DNA of 48,290 bases, from NCBI GenBank assembly GCA_019057815.1, contig JAHLWR010000026.1:1-48290 (forward strand). Direction: 5' to 3'. This document shows positions 1-9,831 of this stretch, piece by piece. The translations under genes were made by a program, and so were the position numbers. A model generated the notes under the pieces. The model ran no database searches. It was not told where the DNA came from and saw only the letters and a program-made list of their open reading frames with translations. The stretch comes from Candidatus Heimdallarchaeota archaeon. Its GTDB lineage: Archaea; Asgardarchaeota; Heimdallarchaeia; Heimdallarchaeales; Heimdallarchaeaceae. Position 1 is the stretch's first letter, and each line of letters begins with the position of its first letter.

Positions 1-47
1 CTCTAGAGGAATTTACAAGTATTTATGAAGAATTACAAGAAGATTGA
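1..47 (+). CDS. 3' end of a gene entering from the left edge, probably type I R-M methyltransferase subunit (HsdM-like tail)
   Basis: Frame from position 3 reads LEEFTSIYEELQED*. The longer paralogous copy at 1185-1280 (PSEEIVVKIVENLRAALEDF) resembles the amphipathic C-terminal helix of HsdM proteins. Confidence 0.5.
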   Translation, partial: LEEFTSIYEELQED

Positions 48-225
48 AAAAACTGGATGAAACACCTTAGTTCTAAGATTTGTTGAGTTTACCTTCAGAA
101 AGAACTTTACTACAGAAGTAGAGATTAAAACTAGTTTTCAAGTGAAGGGATGTATGGGTATGGATATGTTTAATTGTATTACTCTCATATTCATTTTTTA
201 GTTATTTTACTCTGATTATTCTTTT

Positions 226-1023
226 TTACTTTAATTTTAAAGGAGTAAATGATGATTGAGTAAATTTCTTCAAGTTAAAAATAAGTTCAGGAAATTGACT
301 TATTAATAATTTATCAATTTTCATAATGATTTTAAGCAGCAATCTCTCTATTTTTTCAAGGTAATCATCAGAAATATATACCTTATCTCCAATATCATAA
401 CCTGAATCTGGAAATTTGGATTTGTATCGTATATCAATTCTTCCACTAGAATGAACAATAACATTTCGTATTGCATAGAACTCATTTAATGCTTCAAGAT
501 CATTTTTATCAAAGTTAAGATTTACTTTGAATCTTTTGTTTATTGCAGAAAAAATATGTTCATAATCTTTTTTGAATAGAGTGTCATGTATGAAATCATC
601 AATTTTTTGATAGATTAATTCTTCTTTTTCCAGCTGTCTTAGTTCTTTTAAAGATACACTACATTCATCAAGGATACCAATTCTATTCTCTAACCAGTGC
701 TGAGCAAATTTATACAAATAACTCTCGAATGTTGTATTTAGCTGAACAATGCAAATATTATTTTTGTACGAATTACGTCCAGTTCTAAGCGCGTTTACAA
801 TAACATCTAATATTCCTTTTGCTTCGTCTGTTTGTTCAAATTCTTTAAGGACTTTTGTATCAATATAGTCCTTTATTTTCTCTTCGAATTCTTCTGTACC
901 ATATCGAATGTATAACGATTCAAACAATGCTATCTCTAAAACATAATAGAGGAAAAATTCACTAAAATCCTTCTTTTGCAAGAAATCAACATATTCTTTA
1001 AACTTAAGCATATTAATCATCAA
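226..1023 (-). CDS. HEPN-domain protein (putative RNase, RiboL-PSP-HEPN/MAE_28990-like)
   Basis: 265 aa. Upstream helix 'NTTFESYL' and Rx4H motif 'IRNVIVHSSG'. Confidence 0.7.
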   Translation of the reverse strand: MMINMLKFKEYVDFLQKKDFSEFFLYYVLEIALFESLYIRYGTEEFEEKIKDYIDTKVLKEFEQTDEAKGILDVIVNALRTGRNSYKNNICIVQLNTTFESYLYKFAQHWLENRIGILDECSVSLKELRQLEKEELIYQKIDDFIHDTLFKKDYEHIFSAINKRFKVNLNFDKNDLEALNEFYAIRNVIVHSSGRIDIRYKSKFPDSGYDIGDKVYISDDYLEKIERLLLKIIMKIDKLLISQFPELIFNLKKFTQSSFTPLKLK

Positions 1024-1184
1024 AGAGTAATTATAATCTTATTAAAATTATTGTTTTGTTATTATATTTGAAGAAATTATTCATTTCTGCTGTTTCGTGC
1101 ACTTCAATTCTATTTAGTATTAAATCCGCTTCCATATTAGCTACCTTTGGTTCTGTAGAAACCATTCCAGCTTCCCAGCTTTGT

Positions 1185-1280
1185 CCTTCTGAAGAAATAG
1201 TTGTAAAGATAGTAGAAAATCTGCGAGCAGCTCTCGAAGATTTTACAAGTATATATGAGGAATTAAATAGAGAAGAATAA
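1185..1280 (+). pseudogene. orphan duplicate 3' end of the HsdM-like gene
   Basis: 1231-1265 matches 1-35 at 30/35 nt. Peptide ALEDFTSIYEEL vs LEEFTSIYEEL. No matching 5' part is present. Confidence 0.6.
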
Positions 1281-1377
1281 AAGATATAAAATATAATAGT
1301 AATTTATACCTTCCAACCTATTTTTCTACAAAAAACAATAAAATTATTTCTTACTTTTATTTCCATCATTTTTAATC

Positions 1378-4335
1378 TTAGAATGGTTTTCCATAATGTC
1401 TAAATGCACCCCATCTAATTATGGAATGATTATTCTTATTTCTTTCTTGGGTGTATTTTTCATAAATAAAATATCTTGCATCTCTTAGAGCTTCTGAAAT
1501 TGGTTTCTGATTAAACAACTCATTATAGAAAACTTGGAAAAATTCTCTAGTGGAATCATCTAGAATTTTCCATCCTGTCAGAATAGTATTTGTACACCCT
1601 GCTTCCACAATTCCTCTAGTTAACCCATAAACTTCATCACCAACTTTTGTTACAACTAATCCTGTTTCACAAGCACTTAAAATAAGTAATGGATTATTAT
1701 CTAAATTAATATCCAAGGGGATCATATTACCATAGAGATTTATTATTTCACCAGATTCTCTGAATATTAACGAGCTTAATTCAGGATTATCACCATTGAA
1801 CATTGCATGACCTGCAAAGTGGATAATCTGATATTTGTTTTTTCTTAGAAGTTCAATGAAATCACTTAAATTAGCTTCTTTACCAATCAATGGTTCAACT
1901 TTAAGCTTATTTCTTTCAAGTATATCAACTATATATTCTGCTTCTTTTTTAGCATCAAGTAAACTACTTGTTATTCCTTCAGTTGGGTTTCCAACTACTA
2001 ATGCTCGAGTTGCATTTCTTTCTTTTGTTTTAAAACTTGATACTAAAGTTTGTAGGTTAAATGTTCTCGAAAAATTATATTTCAAACCCAAATATTCATT
2101 TCTAATCAGAATAGTCTCTAATGGAAAATTATGCATAAAACCAGTAGGTACTATAGTTAAAAACGAGATTTCTTTACTATCCAGGTACTTTATTAATTCT
2201 ATCGGAAAGTAGATTTCTGAAGAATTTTTTCCTATTTTCCTAAATCTTTCCTCCAGTGCATTATTATGCCACTTAAATTCTTTCTGAACATTTTCTTGAT
2301 TTATTGGGACATTTTTTGAGATTAAATGATTCAAAATATTGATTCTAATATTCTGGTACTCATTAAGAACTCTCACTAGATTCTTTTTAATTGCAGTGAA
2401 TTTTTCTTCATCTATTTTATACTTTATAATCTTTATATTTTGCTTTTTTTCAATTATAAATATATACATCTCATTTGTAAGGATATTATGATGATATTCA
2501 AGAATCATCCAATCTTTAATTAATATCTCTTTAAACTCTTTAACAATCACCAAAGGATCTGATGGAAAAATTATTCCTTTTGATGGAAATTTAATCCTCA
2601 TTTCATCCTGAAGTATTTTTCTTTGTTTGTTTAAATTTTCTAATCTTTGTAATAAAAATTCCATTTTTGAATCTAAATGTTTTTTTGATATTATCTCATC
2701 CTCATAATCAGATCGTATCCTTGATATTTTCAATAAGGTTCGTTGGATATGCTCTTTTACTTGATTTAATCGTTCTACATGATTTTTAAAATCTTCATTG
2801 ATAGAACCTTTATGAATTTCACCATAATTTATCATTTCTCTCCCTTTAATATATTCAGAATAAGCGAGTGCTTCGCCTATCTTATTCAATTCAATACAAC
2901 AAGAGACAATTTTATTTAAAATTTGAATCGAAGAATTTTCTCTCATTTCAGTTCGCATAATTGATAGAGGGGGAAGTGAGTCTAGAATGTCTTTGATTTT
3001 GAATGATTCTTTTAGTTGTTTCAATGCTTTTGAATAGTTTCTTTGAACAATATGAATATCAGCTATATTAAGTAATGTAGTGGCTTCACCTATTTTGTTT
3101 CCTATCTTCTTAGATAATTTCAATGATTTCCTATAATATTTGAGAGCAACACTGAATTTTTTTGTTAAAGATAAGAAATTGCCAATATTGTTCAAAACAG
3201 TCGAAACGCCTAACAAATCTTGAATTTCTTTTCGAATTTTTAGCGATGTAATCAACCTCTCATAGGCTTCATCAAATTTTTTCTGCTGTTTAAACAATGA
3301 TGCTATATTATCTAATGTTGAAGCTATACCCTTTCTATCATTTAATAAATTACTAATCTCCATAGATTTATTAAAATACTCCATAGCGTCAGTATATTGT
3401 TTTATCTTTTGGAAAACACTTCCCAAATTATTATAGACTCTACCTTGCCCTTCTTTGTTCTCTATCTCAGTAAAAATCTTTAGAGCTCTTTCATGATATT
3501 CTAGTGCTTCATTGTAATTTGCCATAACATGAAAAACATTTCCAATATTATCTAGAATTGTCGCAACACCAAGTTTATCTCCAGTTTCTTCAACTAGGGA
3601 AAGAGATTCTTGGTATTTTTGTAGTGACTGATCAATATTCCCCAAATGAAAATTGGATAGTGCTAAATTATTGAGTGTTGCTCCAATTTCTCTAGCATTT
3701 TTTAGAGCATACTGAATTTCTTGAGCTTTATAATAGTATTCTATTGCTTTCCCAAAGTTACCCTGGTGATAGTATATCCCTCCTAAATTGTTATAGCATG
3801 AAGCTTCAGTTTTTCTAAAACCAGCTTTCTTTGAGAGTTCTAGAGATCTTTTAATAAAACTCTTAGCCATTTTATAGTTTCCTTGTTTTTGATTTAAATC
3901 ACCGATAGCAAGAAAAATACCAGATTTTAATCTAAGATTTTTAACTTCTTCCAAAATCACTTCAACTTCTGAAAAATACTCTTGAGCTTTTTTGTAATCC
4001 CCCAAATCCTGAAAAAGCGCTCCCAAATTGCTTATTATTATAGAGACTAACCCCTTATCACCTATTTTTCTACTTATTTCTAGAGCGAGATCATAATTTA
4101 TTCTAGCTTTTTTCATTTCTCCCAATTGACTATTAATACTAGCAATATTATTCAGAGTATTTGCAACTTCTTTTTTATTATCTACCTTCTTAAGTGAATT
4201 AAGTGCTTTATTGTAATATTCTATTGCTTGAATATACTTTCCCCACTCACTATATATGTTACCAAGATTATTAAAAATAACACCTTCAAGCTCTGAATCA
4301 TCAATTTCAACCAATAATTTTTGAGAATGAAGCAA
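1378..4335 (-). CDS. TPR-CHAT (caspase-like protease) protein, possibly N-terminally truncated
   Basis: About 11 TPR repeats (NNLGxxY...A..YY.KAL), a coiled coil, then a CHAT catalytic dyad 'IIHFAGHA' / 'LSACETG' and the C-terminal 'WGAF' motif. TTG start falls inside a repeat. Confidence 0.9.
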   Translation of the reverse strand: MLHSQKLLVEIDDSELEGVIFNNLGNIYSEWGKYIQAIEYYNKALNSLKKVDNKKEVANTLNNIASINSQLGEMKKARINYDLALEISRKIGDKGLVSIIISNLGALFQDLGDYKKAQEYFSEVEVILEEVKNLRLKSGIFLAIGDLNQKQGNYKMAKSFIKRSLELSKKAGFRKTEASCYNNLGGIYYHQGNFGKAIEYYYKAQEIQYALKNAREIGATLNNLALSNFHLGNIDQSLQKYQESLSLVEETGDKLGVATILDNIGNVFHVMANYNEALEYHERALKIFTEIENKEGQGRVYNNLGSVFQKIKQYTDAMEYFNKSMEISNLLNDRKGIASTLDNIASLFKQQKKFDEAYERLITSLKIRKEIQDLLGVSTVLNNIGNFLSLTKKFSVALKYYRKSLKLSKKIGNKIGEATTLLNIADIHIVQRNYSKALKQLKESFKIKDILDSLPPLSIMRTEMRENSSIQILNKIVSCCIELNKIGEALAYSEYIKGREMINYGEIHKGSINEDFKNHVERLNQVKEHIQRTLLKISRIRSDYEDEIISKKHLDSKMEFLLQRLENLNKQRKILQDEMRIKFPSKGIIFPSDPLVIVKEFKEILIKDWMILEYHHNILTNEMYIFIIEKKQNIKIIKYKIDEEKFTAIKKNLVRVLNEYQNIRINILNHLISKNVPINQENVQKEFKWHNNALEERFRKIGKNSSEIYFPIELIKYLDSKEISFLTIVPTGFMHNFPLETILIRNEYLGLKYNFSRTFNLQTLVSSFKTKERNATRALVVGNPTEGITSSLLDAKKEAEYIVDILERNKLKVEPLIGKEANLSDFIELLRKNKYQIIHFAGHAMFNGDNPELSSLIFRESGEIINLYGNMIPLDINLDNNPLLILSACETGLVVTKVGDEVYGLTRGIVEAGCTNTILTGWKILDDSTREFFQVFYNELFNQKPISEALRDARYFIYEKYTQERNKNNHSIIRWGAFRHYGKPF

Positions 4336-4657
4336 TTTCTTTCATGTTTTTAGAAAAATACCATTTGTTCATTTTTTCATGATTAATTCCTTTTTTTTGC
4401 GCTAAAATACCTACTCTAGCCAACGCTAATAGAGATTCAATATTTCTTATAACATGAGACATTAGATCAGCATTTAATAATCGTAACACTGCTTTTTCAT
4501 CCTTAGGTTCAAAACCTTTTTTCCAATTATATTTGCCATTTTTTATATTTTGATAATTTGTTGTTAGAAAGACAGCATATTTTTGCCTACTCTCCAAAGC
4601 ATCATTCATTGCTTTCACTGTATAATACCAATGTTTTGTTTGTTCATTGAAACTCAA
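4307..4657 (-). CDS. hypothetical protein, probably 3'-truncated
   Basis: 116-aa ORF with a GGTGG RBS-like motif upstream. Overlaps the start of TPR-CHAT out of frame. Confidence 0.45.
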   Translation of the reverse strand: MSFNEQTKHWYYTVKAMNDALESRQKYAVFLTTNYQNIKNGKYNWKKGFEPKDEKAVLRLLNADLMSHVIRNIESLLALARVGILAQKKGINHEKMNKWYFSKNMKEIASFSKIIG

Positions 4658-4734
4658 ACATATACCACCTTCTAGTTTAAAGAGTTATTTTACTCATATA
4701 AATTCAATTATTAAAAATAACTCAGATAGCTATG

Positions 4735-6375
4735 TCATAAATTTAGGTTCATTTCCTTAATTTCATCAAAAAAGAGTTTAGATTCCCTAATGAAATATAA
4801 ATTTAGAGGTAAATCTCTTTCAATTCCTAATAAAAGGTCATCAAGTAAGTTTACTAATTCTTTTCTTGGTGTGATTTCCATTTTATTTTCGTTCACCTTA
4901 AGTATTCGTAATATTATCAGTCTTACCATCTTCTTTGCTATATTTGAAGCCTGTTTAGCTCCTCCAAATCTTTTCTTAGCAATATTTTTGACCTTGATAC
5001 CTCCTTCGTGAACAATATTGCTTCTTATATCATAGATTCTTTTTACAATGTTTTGAATAATTTTCTTTTCTTCATCATTAAGTGCTAGTAACCAAGGAAG
5101 CTTTGTTCTCAATTGAAATCCCAATTCTTTTGGATCGCTGGTTATAAGCATCTCAAAGATTATACATGATTCTAGAATGCTATCTTTTGGATCAGAGAAC
5201 TTAATCAAGCGCATAAACCTTGTTAAAACAATATCTTCATTCGATTCTTTTTGTATTTTACTTCTAAATAATGGATATAGTTGTAAGAAGTGCAATCGAC
5301 TATCATCTATTTCAAAAATTTCTTTATTTCTGAGCTTACTAGTTTGACTATGATCTCTAGACATCCAATAAGGATAAGTCAGAAAACCTGTTCCAGAGCT
5401 GTAAAAAACACCATAAGGTGTTACATCAATTGAAAACTGTCTAAAATGATTTTCATTCTGAAAACTTACATATTTGACATCAATTTTTTCCCCACTTAAC
5501 AAACAAAGTGCTTCTTCAATATGTAAGTTTGAGAAGAGATTGGTATTTTTAAGTTTTAAATCTTCAAGAGTAGAAAGACCTTCGAGAGTAGAATTTCCCT
5601 TCTTAATTGCTGGTTTTTTTATTTTTAAATTTCCACTAATCCAACCTGAACAAAAAAGAAGTGAATCAATATGATTTTTTGTATATCCAAATCCCCAAAG
5701 AGTTGCACCTCTAAACCTAAATTTATCAATTAATTTTTCTCTTTTGATATTGTCAGGTACCACCAACTGACTTTTGGGTTTTGAAGTAAACAAAACATCT
5801 CTCCCTTTTAGTGTTGATCCTGTAATAATATAGTAGAAATCAACTTCAACTTCATTTTTCATTTCGTATCTTAAAACCTCATTAAAGATTACTTTGAATA
5901 ACACATTGTCATAATCTACACTCTTAATAGTATCAATCAGATTCTTTGATTTAGTTTTATATAACTCCTCAAAATACCTTGTAATTATGAAACCAAAAAG
6001 AGTATTGTCGGGATTCAACAATTGAAATTCATTTTTTCTGATTGCTTTTATCTTTTCTAGATTCTGCAAATTTTCGTGATTGTTTTTGTTTACTATGTAT
6101 TGAGACAGGAGATTTCTTATCGATAAATACGATAGAGAGTAGACTTCAGGATATGTCCAACTCATTTGATTAGTTTCTGGACTTCCTTCTTCAATTTTAC
6201 ACTGAATTCTATAAGTGTTGAAAGAAATACTTTGTTTTTTGAGTTCCTTTTCATCCAGTGTTTTCAGATATGTGATAGTATGAATAATGAAATCCTCTAC
6301 AATCTGTTCTAGAATTATGCTCTCAGACTCATTCATTAAATAACCTCGTTTTATCTGTATATCTGAACCACTCAA
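4735..6375 (-). CDS. Apea-like HEPN domain protein (putative RNase effector)
   Basis: C-terminal 'FEMLI...ELGFQLRTKLPWLL...IYDIRSNIVHEG' (Rx4H). The true start is probably the ATG at 6336, preceded by GAGGT. Confidence 0.75.
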   Translation of the reverse strand: MSGSDIQIKRGYLMNESESIILEQIVEDFIIHTITYLKTLDEKELKKQSISFNTYRIQCKIEEGSPETNQMSWTYPEVYSLSYLSIRNLLSQYIVNKNNHENLQNLEKIKAIRKNEFQLLNPDNTLFGFIITRYFEELYKTKSKNLIDTIKSVDYDNVLFKVIFNEVLRYEMKNEVEVDFYYIITGSTLKGRDVLFTSKPKSQLVVPDNIKREKLIDKFRFRGATLWGFGYTKNHIDSLLFCSGWISGNLKIKKPAIKKGNSTLEGLSTLEDLKLKNTNLFSNLHIEEALCLLSGEKIDVKYVSFQNENHFRQFSIDVTPYGVFYSSGTGFLTYPYWMSRDHSQTSKLRNKEIFEIDDSRLHFLQLYPLFRSKIQKESNEDIVLTRFMRLIKFSDPKDSILESCIIFEMLITSDPKELGFQLRTKLPWLLALNDEEKKIIQNIVKRIYDIRSNIVHEGGIKVKNIAKKRFGGAKQASNIAKKMVRLIILRILKVNENKMEITPRKELVNLLDDLLLGIERDLPLNLYFIRESKLFFDEIKEMNLNL

Positions 6376-6382
6376 TTAGTAA

Positions 6383-7096
6383 TCATTCAAGTGACATATG
6401 ATAATGTGTTTTTTTGGTTGAAAATGTCTTATTTTTCCACTTCACACTACTTCTTTCCCACATGTCAGTTTTTTGGTTGTTTTTTGTTGTATATTTCACT
6501 TCATCTGTTAGATTTGTGTAAGTATTATTCGAAATTTCAATATTGTATGGATAACTTGTATTTTTTGACATTGCTACTGAAAAATTAATACAGTTTCCAA
6601 TGAAAATTAGGTCATTATTATTTGCATCTCTTGAAATTCCTGCTCTTAGTATATATACTAAACCAAAATCAATCCCTATTCCAAAATCAAGCTTTGAATA
6701 TTTTTCAAAGTAAGGTGAAAGCTTATTGTTCAAGAACCATGAAAGAATCATAGCAGTTTTTACAGATTCTGAAATCTCTTTCATGTATTGTGCCAACCAA
6801 AGTGCTTGCAAACCATCTCCTGTGAAACTTCTAATCTGTCCTCCATATTCTTTCACAACCATAGCTGTTGCTGTAAGAAAAGCTTTGTGAATTTTACCTG
6901 AAGTTTGCCTCTGATGGATATCCAGTAGTTCAGATGATTTCCGTAAATCTATATTGAAAACAGTAACATACATTTTTTTCGCTTTTTTTCCAAAAGGTAC
7001 GTTCTCAACTGATGGAATGCTTTCTACTTCTTCAACTTCGTAATCACCATCAAGATAATCTTTAACCTTGTTTGAAACATCATTTACTAAACCCAT
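6383..7096 (-). CDS. pycC: class III nucleotide cyclase, Pycsar PycC-like
   Basis: Metal-binding 'IDLRKSS' and 'FTGDG', 'GIGIDFG', 'IFIGNCINFS'. Stand-alone 237 aa with N-terminal extension, adjacent to a Pycsar-type TM effector. Confidence 0.75.
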   Translation of the reverse strand: MGLVNDVSNKVKDYLDGDYEVEEVESIPSVENVPFGKKAKKMYVTVFNIDLRKSSELLDIHQRQTSGKIHKAFLTATAMVVKEYGGQIRSFTGDGLQALWLAQYMKEISESVKTAMILSWFLNNKLSPYFEKYSKLDFGIGIDFGLVYILRAGISRDANNNDLIFIGNCINFSVAMSKNTSYPYNIEISNNTYTNLTDEVKYTTKNNQKTDMWERSSVKWKNKTFSTKKTHYHMSLE

Positions 7097-7099
7097 TTT

Positions 7100-7660
7100 T
7101 TAACCTCCATTCGTCATAATTACTCCGATTACACCACTCAATGTTAGTAAAACAATCCAAGAAATCAAGTTTACCAATAGCATTAATATTGATGTTTTAA
7201 CATATTTCATTTTAGTACTTGCCAATCTTGATACAGCGTAAGATTGCTTTACTAAGTCCTCAAACCAATCCTCGTAATTTAATTTATCTAGTTTTTCTTT
7301 ATATTCATTACTTGTCTTGAAATTCTTAATATGTTCGAAGAAAAGATAACCAAGTCGTTTTTTTTCAGGTTTTTCTTTTGGTTTTACATTAGGAAAATAT
7401 GTTAAAACTGAAGCTGTTATACCCAATATTGAAAATAACGCAAAAATACCAAAAAAAGCAAAATAGCTATTTTTGAGTGCATTATTATTCACTAATGCTG
7501 TTGCTTTTTCAAATGTTCCCATAAGTAATGATCCTGCAAGACCCACGCTAACCAATAAACTTTGAATAGTTATCGAAATAGTTGCTTTAATATCAGCTTG
7601 TCTGATTGTATTCTGTGAGTTTTCATATGCCATTCTAGTGTGATTGAATTTTCTTTCCAT
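7100..7660 (-). CDS. pycTM: Pycsar transmembrane effector (PycTM/DUF5706-like)
   Basis: 'NTIRQADIKA' N-terminal motif, three hydrophobic helices, 'LFFEHI' and 'Q...VSRLASTKMKY'. Lies 3 bp upstream of the cyclase. Confidence 0.75.
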   Translation of the reverse strand: MERKFNHTRMAYENSQNTIRQADIKATISITIQSLLVSVGLAGSLLMGTFEKATALVNNNALKNSYFAFFGIFALFSILGITASVLTYFPNVKPKEKPEKKRLGYLFFEHIKNFKTSNEYKEKLDKLNYEDWFEDLVKQSYAVSRLASTKMKYVKTSILMLLVNLISWIVLLTLSGVIGVIMTNGG

Positions 7661-8037
7661 TATAATTCCCTCTCACATTTATTTTGATTTTACATAAATA
7701 AAGATTTTGTGCAGAAAAATACTTGCGGGTGGATCACCCCTATGTTTGGAAGATTCCGATGATGATTGTGAAGATAGTAAACAAACTGGAAGAATATTGT
7801 TTGGTAGAGAAATTCAAACAAATTTAAATCAGTTTTTAATATTGATAATAACGATGATTGATTTTTTCTTATATTTTTCTTTGGAGCTGGCACATTTACT
7901 ATAAAATAATAACCCGATTACTTGTAGGTGCTAGCTCCTTTATTCTTAAACAAGATTAAAAAAGAATTGCTTTAGTTTACTTTTCAGAACATCAAGCTTT
8001 TTTAGACAATATTTAAAATCATTATAATGGAATTATA

Positions 8038-9816
8038 ATGATTAATGTGGTTCTTTCAATAGGTGAAATTCTAGATTCAATCAAACTATACAAACTTCTA
8101 CGAGGAGAATATCGAAAGAGAAAAAAATACTATCAAGTAATATGGCAAAAAGCTCACAAGATAAAATCTGATGATTTATCAAAATTGAGAAAATTCAGAC
8201 CTTACTATTACTCTAGATCAGCTGATGATATAATACTAGAATGTTTAGAAAGAAAAAAGAGTATCTTAATTGTTGGAAAACCGTTAATTGGTAAAACCAG
8301 AGCAGCTTTTGAAGCGTGCAAAAAGGTATCAATACCCTATATTGTAACCATTGCTAGAAGTGTTAATATTAATGAAAAAGAAGAAGATTTTTTCTTTCCA
8401 AGGAGTTTGAGATATAAGAAGAATAAACTTGTCATAGTTGATGATCTTCATGATTTTGCTGTAAAACAAAAATTTCAATTACTTATTGAACACATTTTGA
8501 AGAGGAATTGCGTTCTTTTAGCTACTTGTAGATCAGGATTCGAATTTACTAAAACAAAGAATGTTTTTACTTCTACACCTTACTCATTTGACGTCTTATT
8601 TGGAGAAAATATTATTGAAATTGAGAAAATAAAGGATGAAAAAGCCAAAAAAATAGCAAAAAAACTGAATATCTCATGGGATAAGGTAGGAAGCAGATTT
8701 GATGGCACACCAGGTTCAATTCTATTACAATTGTTAGAGATGGAGAAGAGATTCGATAATTGCAGCTTTGAAGAAAAAACAATCCTCCGCTCAATCAAAA
8801 AAATGTATGAATGTGGGATTTATGAAGAAAAAGAAATATTTTCAAAAGCTTTGCTAAAAAATGTATGTCAAAAAGAATATGATTATGAGAAATTGTTTGA
8901 GGAACTACAGAAAAAAGAATTCTTAGAATTAACCAAAGAGAATGTTCTTGCTGAAAAAGCTTATCTAGAAACAATTGTTACTTTTGCAACTAAATTTACT
9001 ATTTTTGATCTTTTTGAGGAAATGCTTGAAATTTTTGAAAAAACACCAAAAGCATTGTACAAATTAGGAAACAAAGCTCATTTCACAGGATTAGGAGGTA
9101 TTGATACTGAAAAGCATATTATTATTGCCATTAGAGCTTATGAAAGTGCGATTGATGAGAATACTTTTGAAAAATCCCCTTTAGATTATGGTAAAATTAA
9201 GGCAAATATAGGAAATGCTTATACGACACTTGCTGATATCGGAAAAGGAGCAGAAAATTGCTGGAAAGCAATTGGATGTATACAAGATGCATTTAAGGTT
9301 TACACATCTGAAAATTACCCTTTCGATCATGCACATTTATTGAATAATCTTGGAAACATCTACCGTAAACTCGCAGAGTTAGATGAAGACAAAGATAAAA
9401 AAATAGAATATAGAGCAATGGCTATTGAATTCCTTTTAAAAACACTACAAGTGTTTAATTTAAAGAATTTTCCTATGAATTATGGTGTTTCCAATTTAAA
9501 TCTTGGAGCTGTATATACTTCTATTCTAAAAATAGAGCTTAAAGTTGAGATTGGTAAAAAAGCACTAGAAAAATATATAGAAGCATTGAAAGTCTTTACA
9601 ATTGAAAAATTTCCAAAAGAATATGCAACAACGAAGTATAATATTGGTGTAACGTATCAAGCACTCGCAAAGATAGTAAATAAGAAAGAAAATTGCAAAA
9701 ATGCACATAGAGATTATAAGGAATCACTAAAGATTTTTACTGAAGATAAATTTCCAAATAATTATAAATTAGTAATAAAACAAATTCAAGAGTTATCAGA
9801 TTTCTGTCGCGAATAA
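8038..9816 (+). CDS. P-loop NTPase + TPR protein (STAND-like)
   Basis: Walker A 'GKPLIGKT', Walker B 'LVIVDDLH', 'ATCR', then C-terminal TPRs of the 'VYT.E.YP..YA....NLG' type. Confidence 0.75.
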   Translation: MINVVLSIGEILDSIKLYKLLRGEYRKRKKYYQVIWQKAHKIKSDDLSKLRKFRPYYYSRSADDIILECLERKKSILIVGKPLIGKTRAAFEACKKVSIPYIVTIARSVNINEKEEDFFFPRSLRYKKNKLVIVDDLHDFAVKQKFQLLIEHILKRNCVLLATCRSGFEFTKTKNVFTSTPYSFDVLFGENIIEIEKIKDEKAKKIAKKLNISWDKVGSRFDGTPGSILLQLLEMEKRFDNCSFEEKTILRSIKKMYECGIYEEKEIFSKALLKNVCQKEYDYEKLFEELQKKEFLELTKENVLAEKAYLETIVTFATKFTIFDLFEEMLEIFEKTPKALYKLGNKAHFTGLGGIDTEKHIIIAIRAYESAIDENTFEKSPLDYGKIKANIGNAYTTLADIGKGAENCWKAIGCIQDAFKVYTSENYPFDHAHLLNNLGNIYRKLAELDEDKDKKIEYRAMAIEFLLKTLQVFNLKNFPMNYGVSNLNLGAVYTSILKIELKVEIGKKALEKYIEALKVFTIEKFPKEYATTKYNIGVTYQALAKIVNKKENCKNAHRDYKESLKIFTEDKFPNNYKLVIKQIQELSDFCRE

Positions 9817-9831
9817 GTTATTTCAAATTTA

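Noticed and set aside
1056-1280. 74-aa ORF as a real gene
   Set aside because: Appears chimeric: the antisense of a minus-strand fragment joined to the orphan HsdM-like tail.
7690-7904. Short ORFs on both strands between the Pycsar pair and the NTPase-TPR
   Set aside because: No recognisable motif. May be another gene remnant but cannot be supported.
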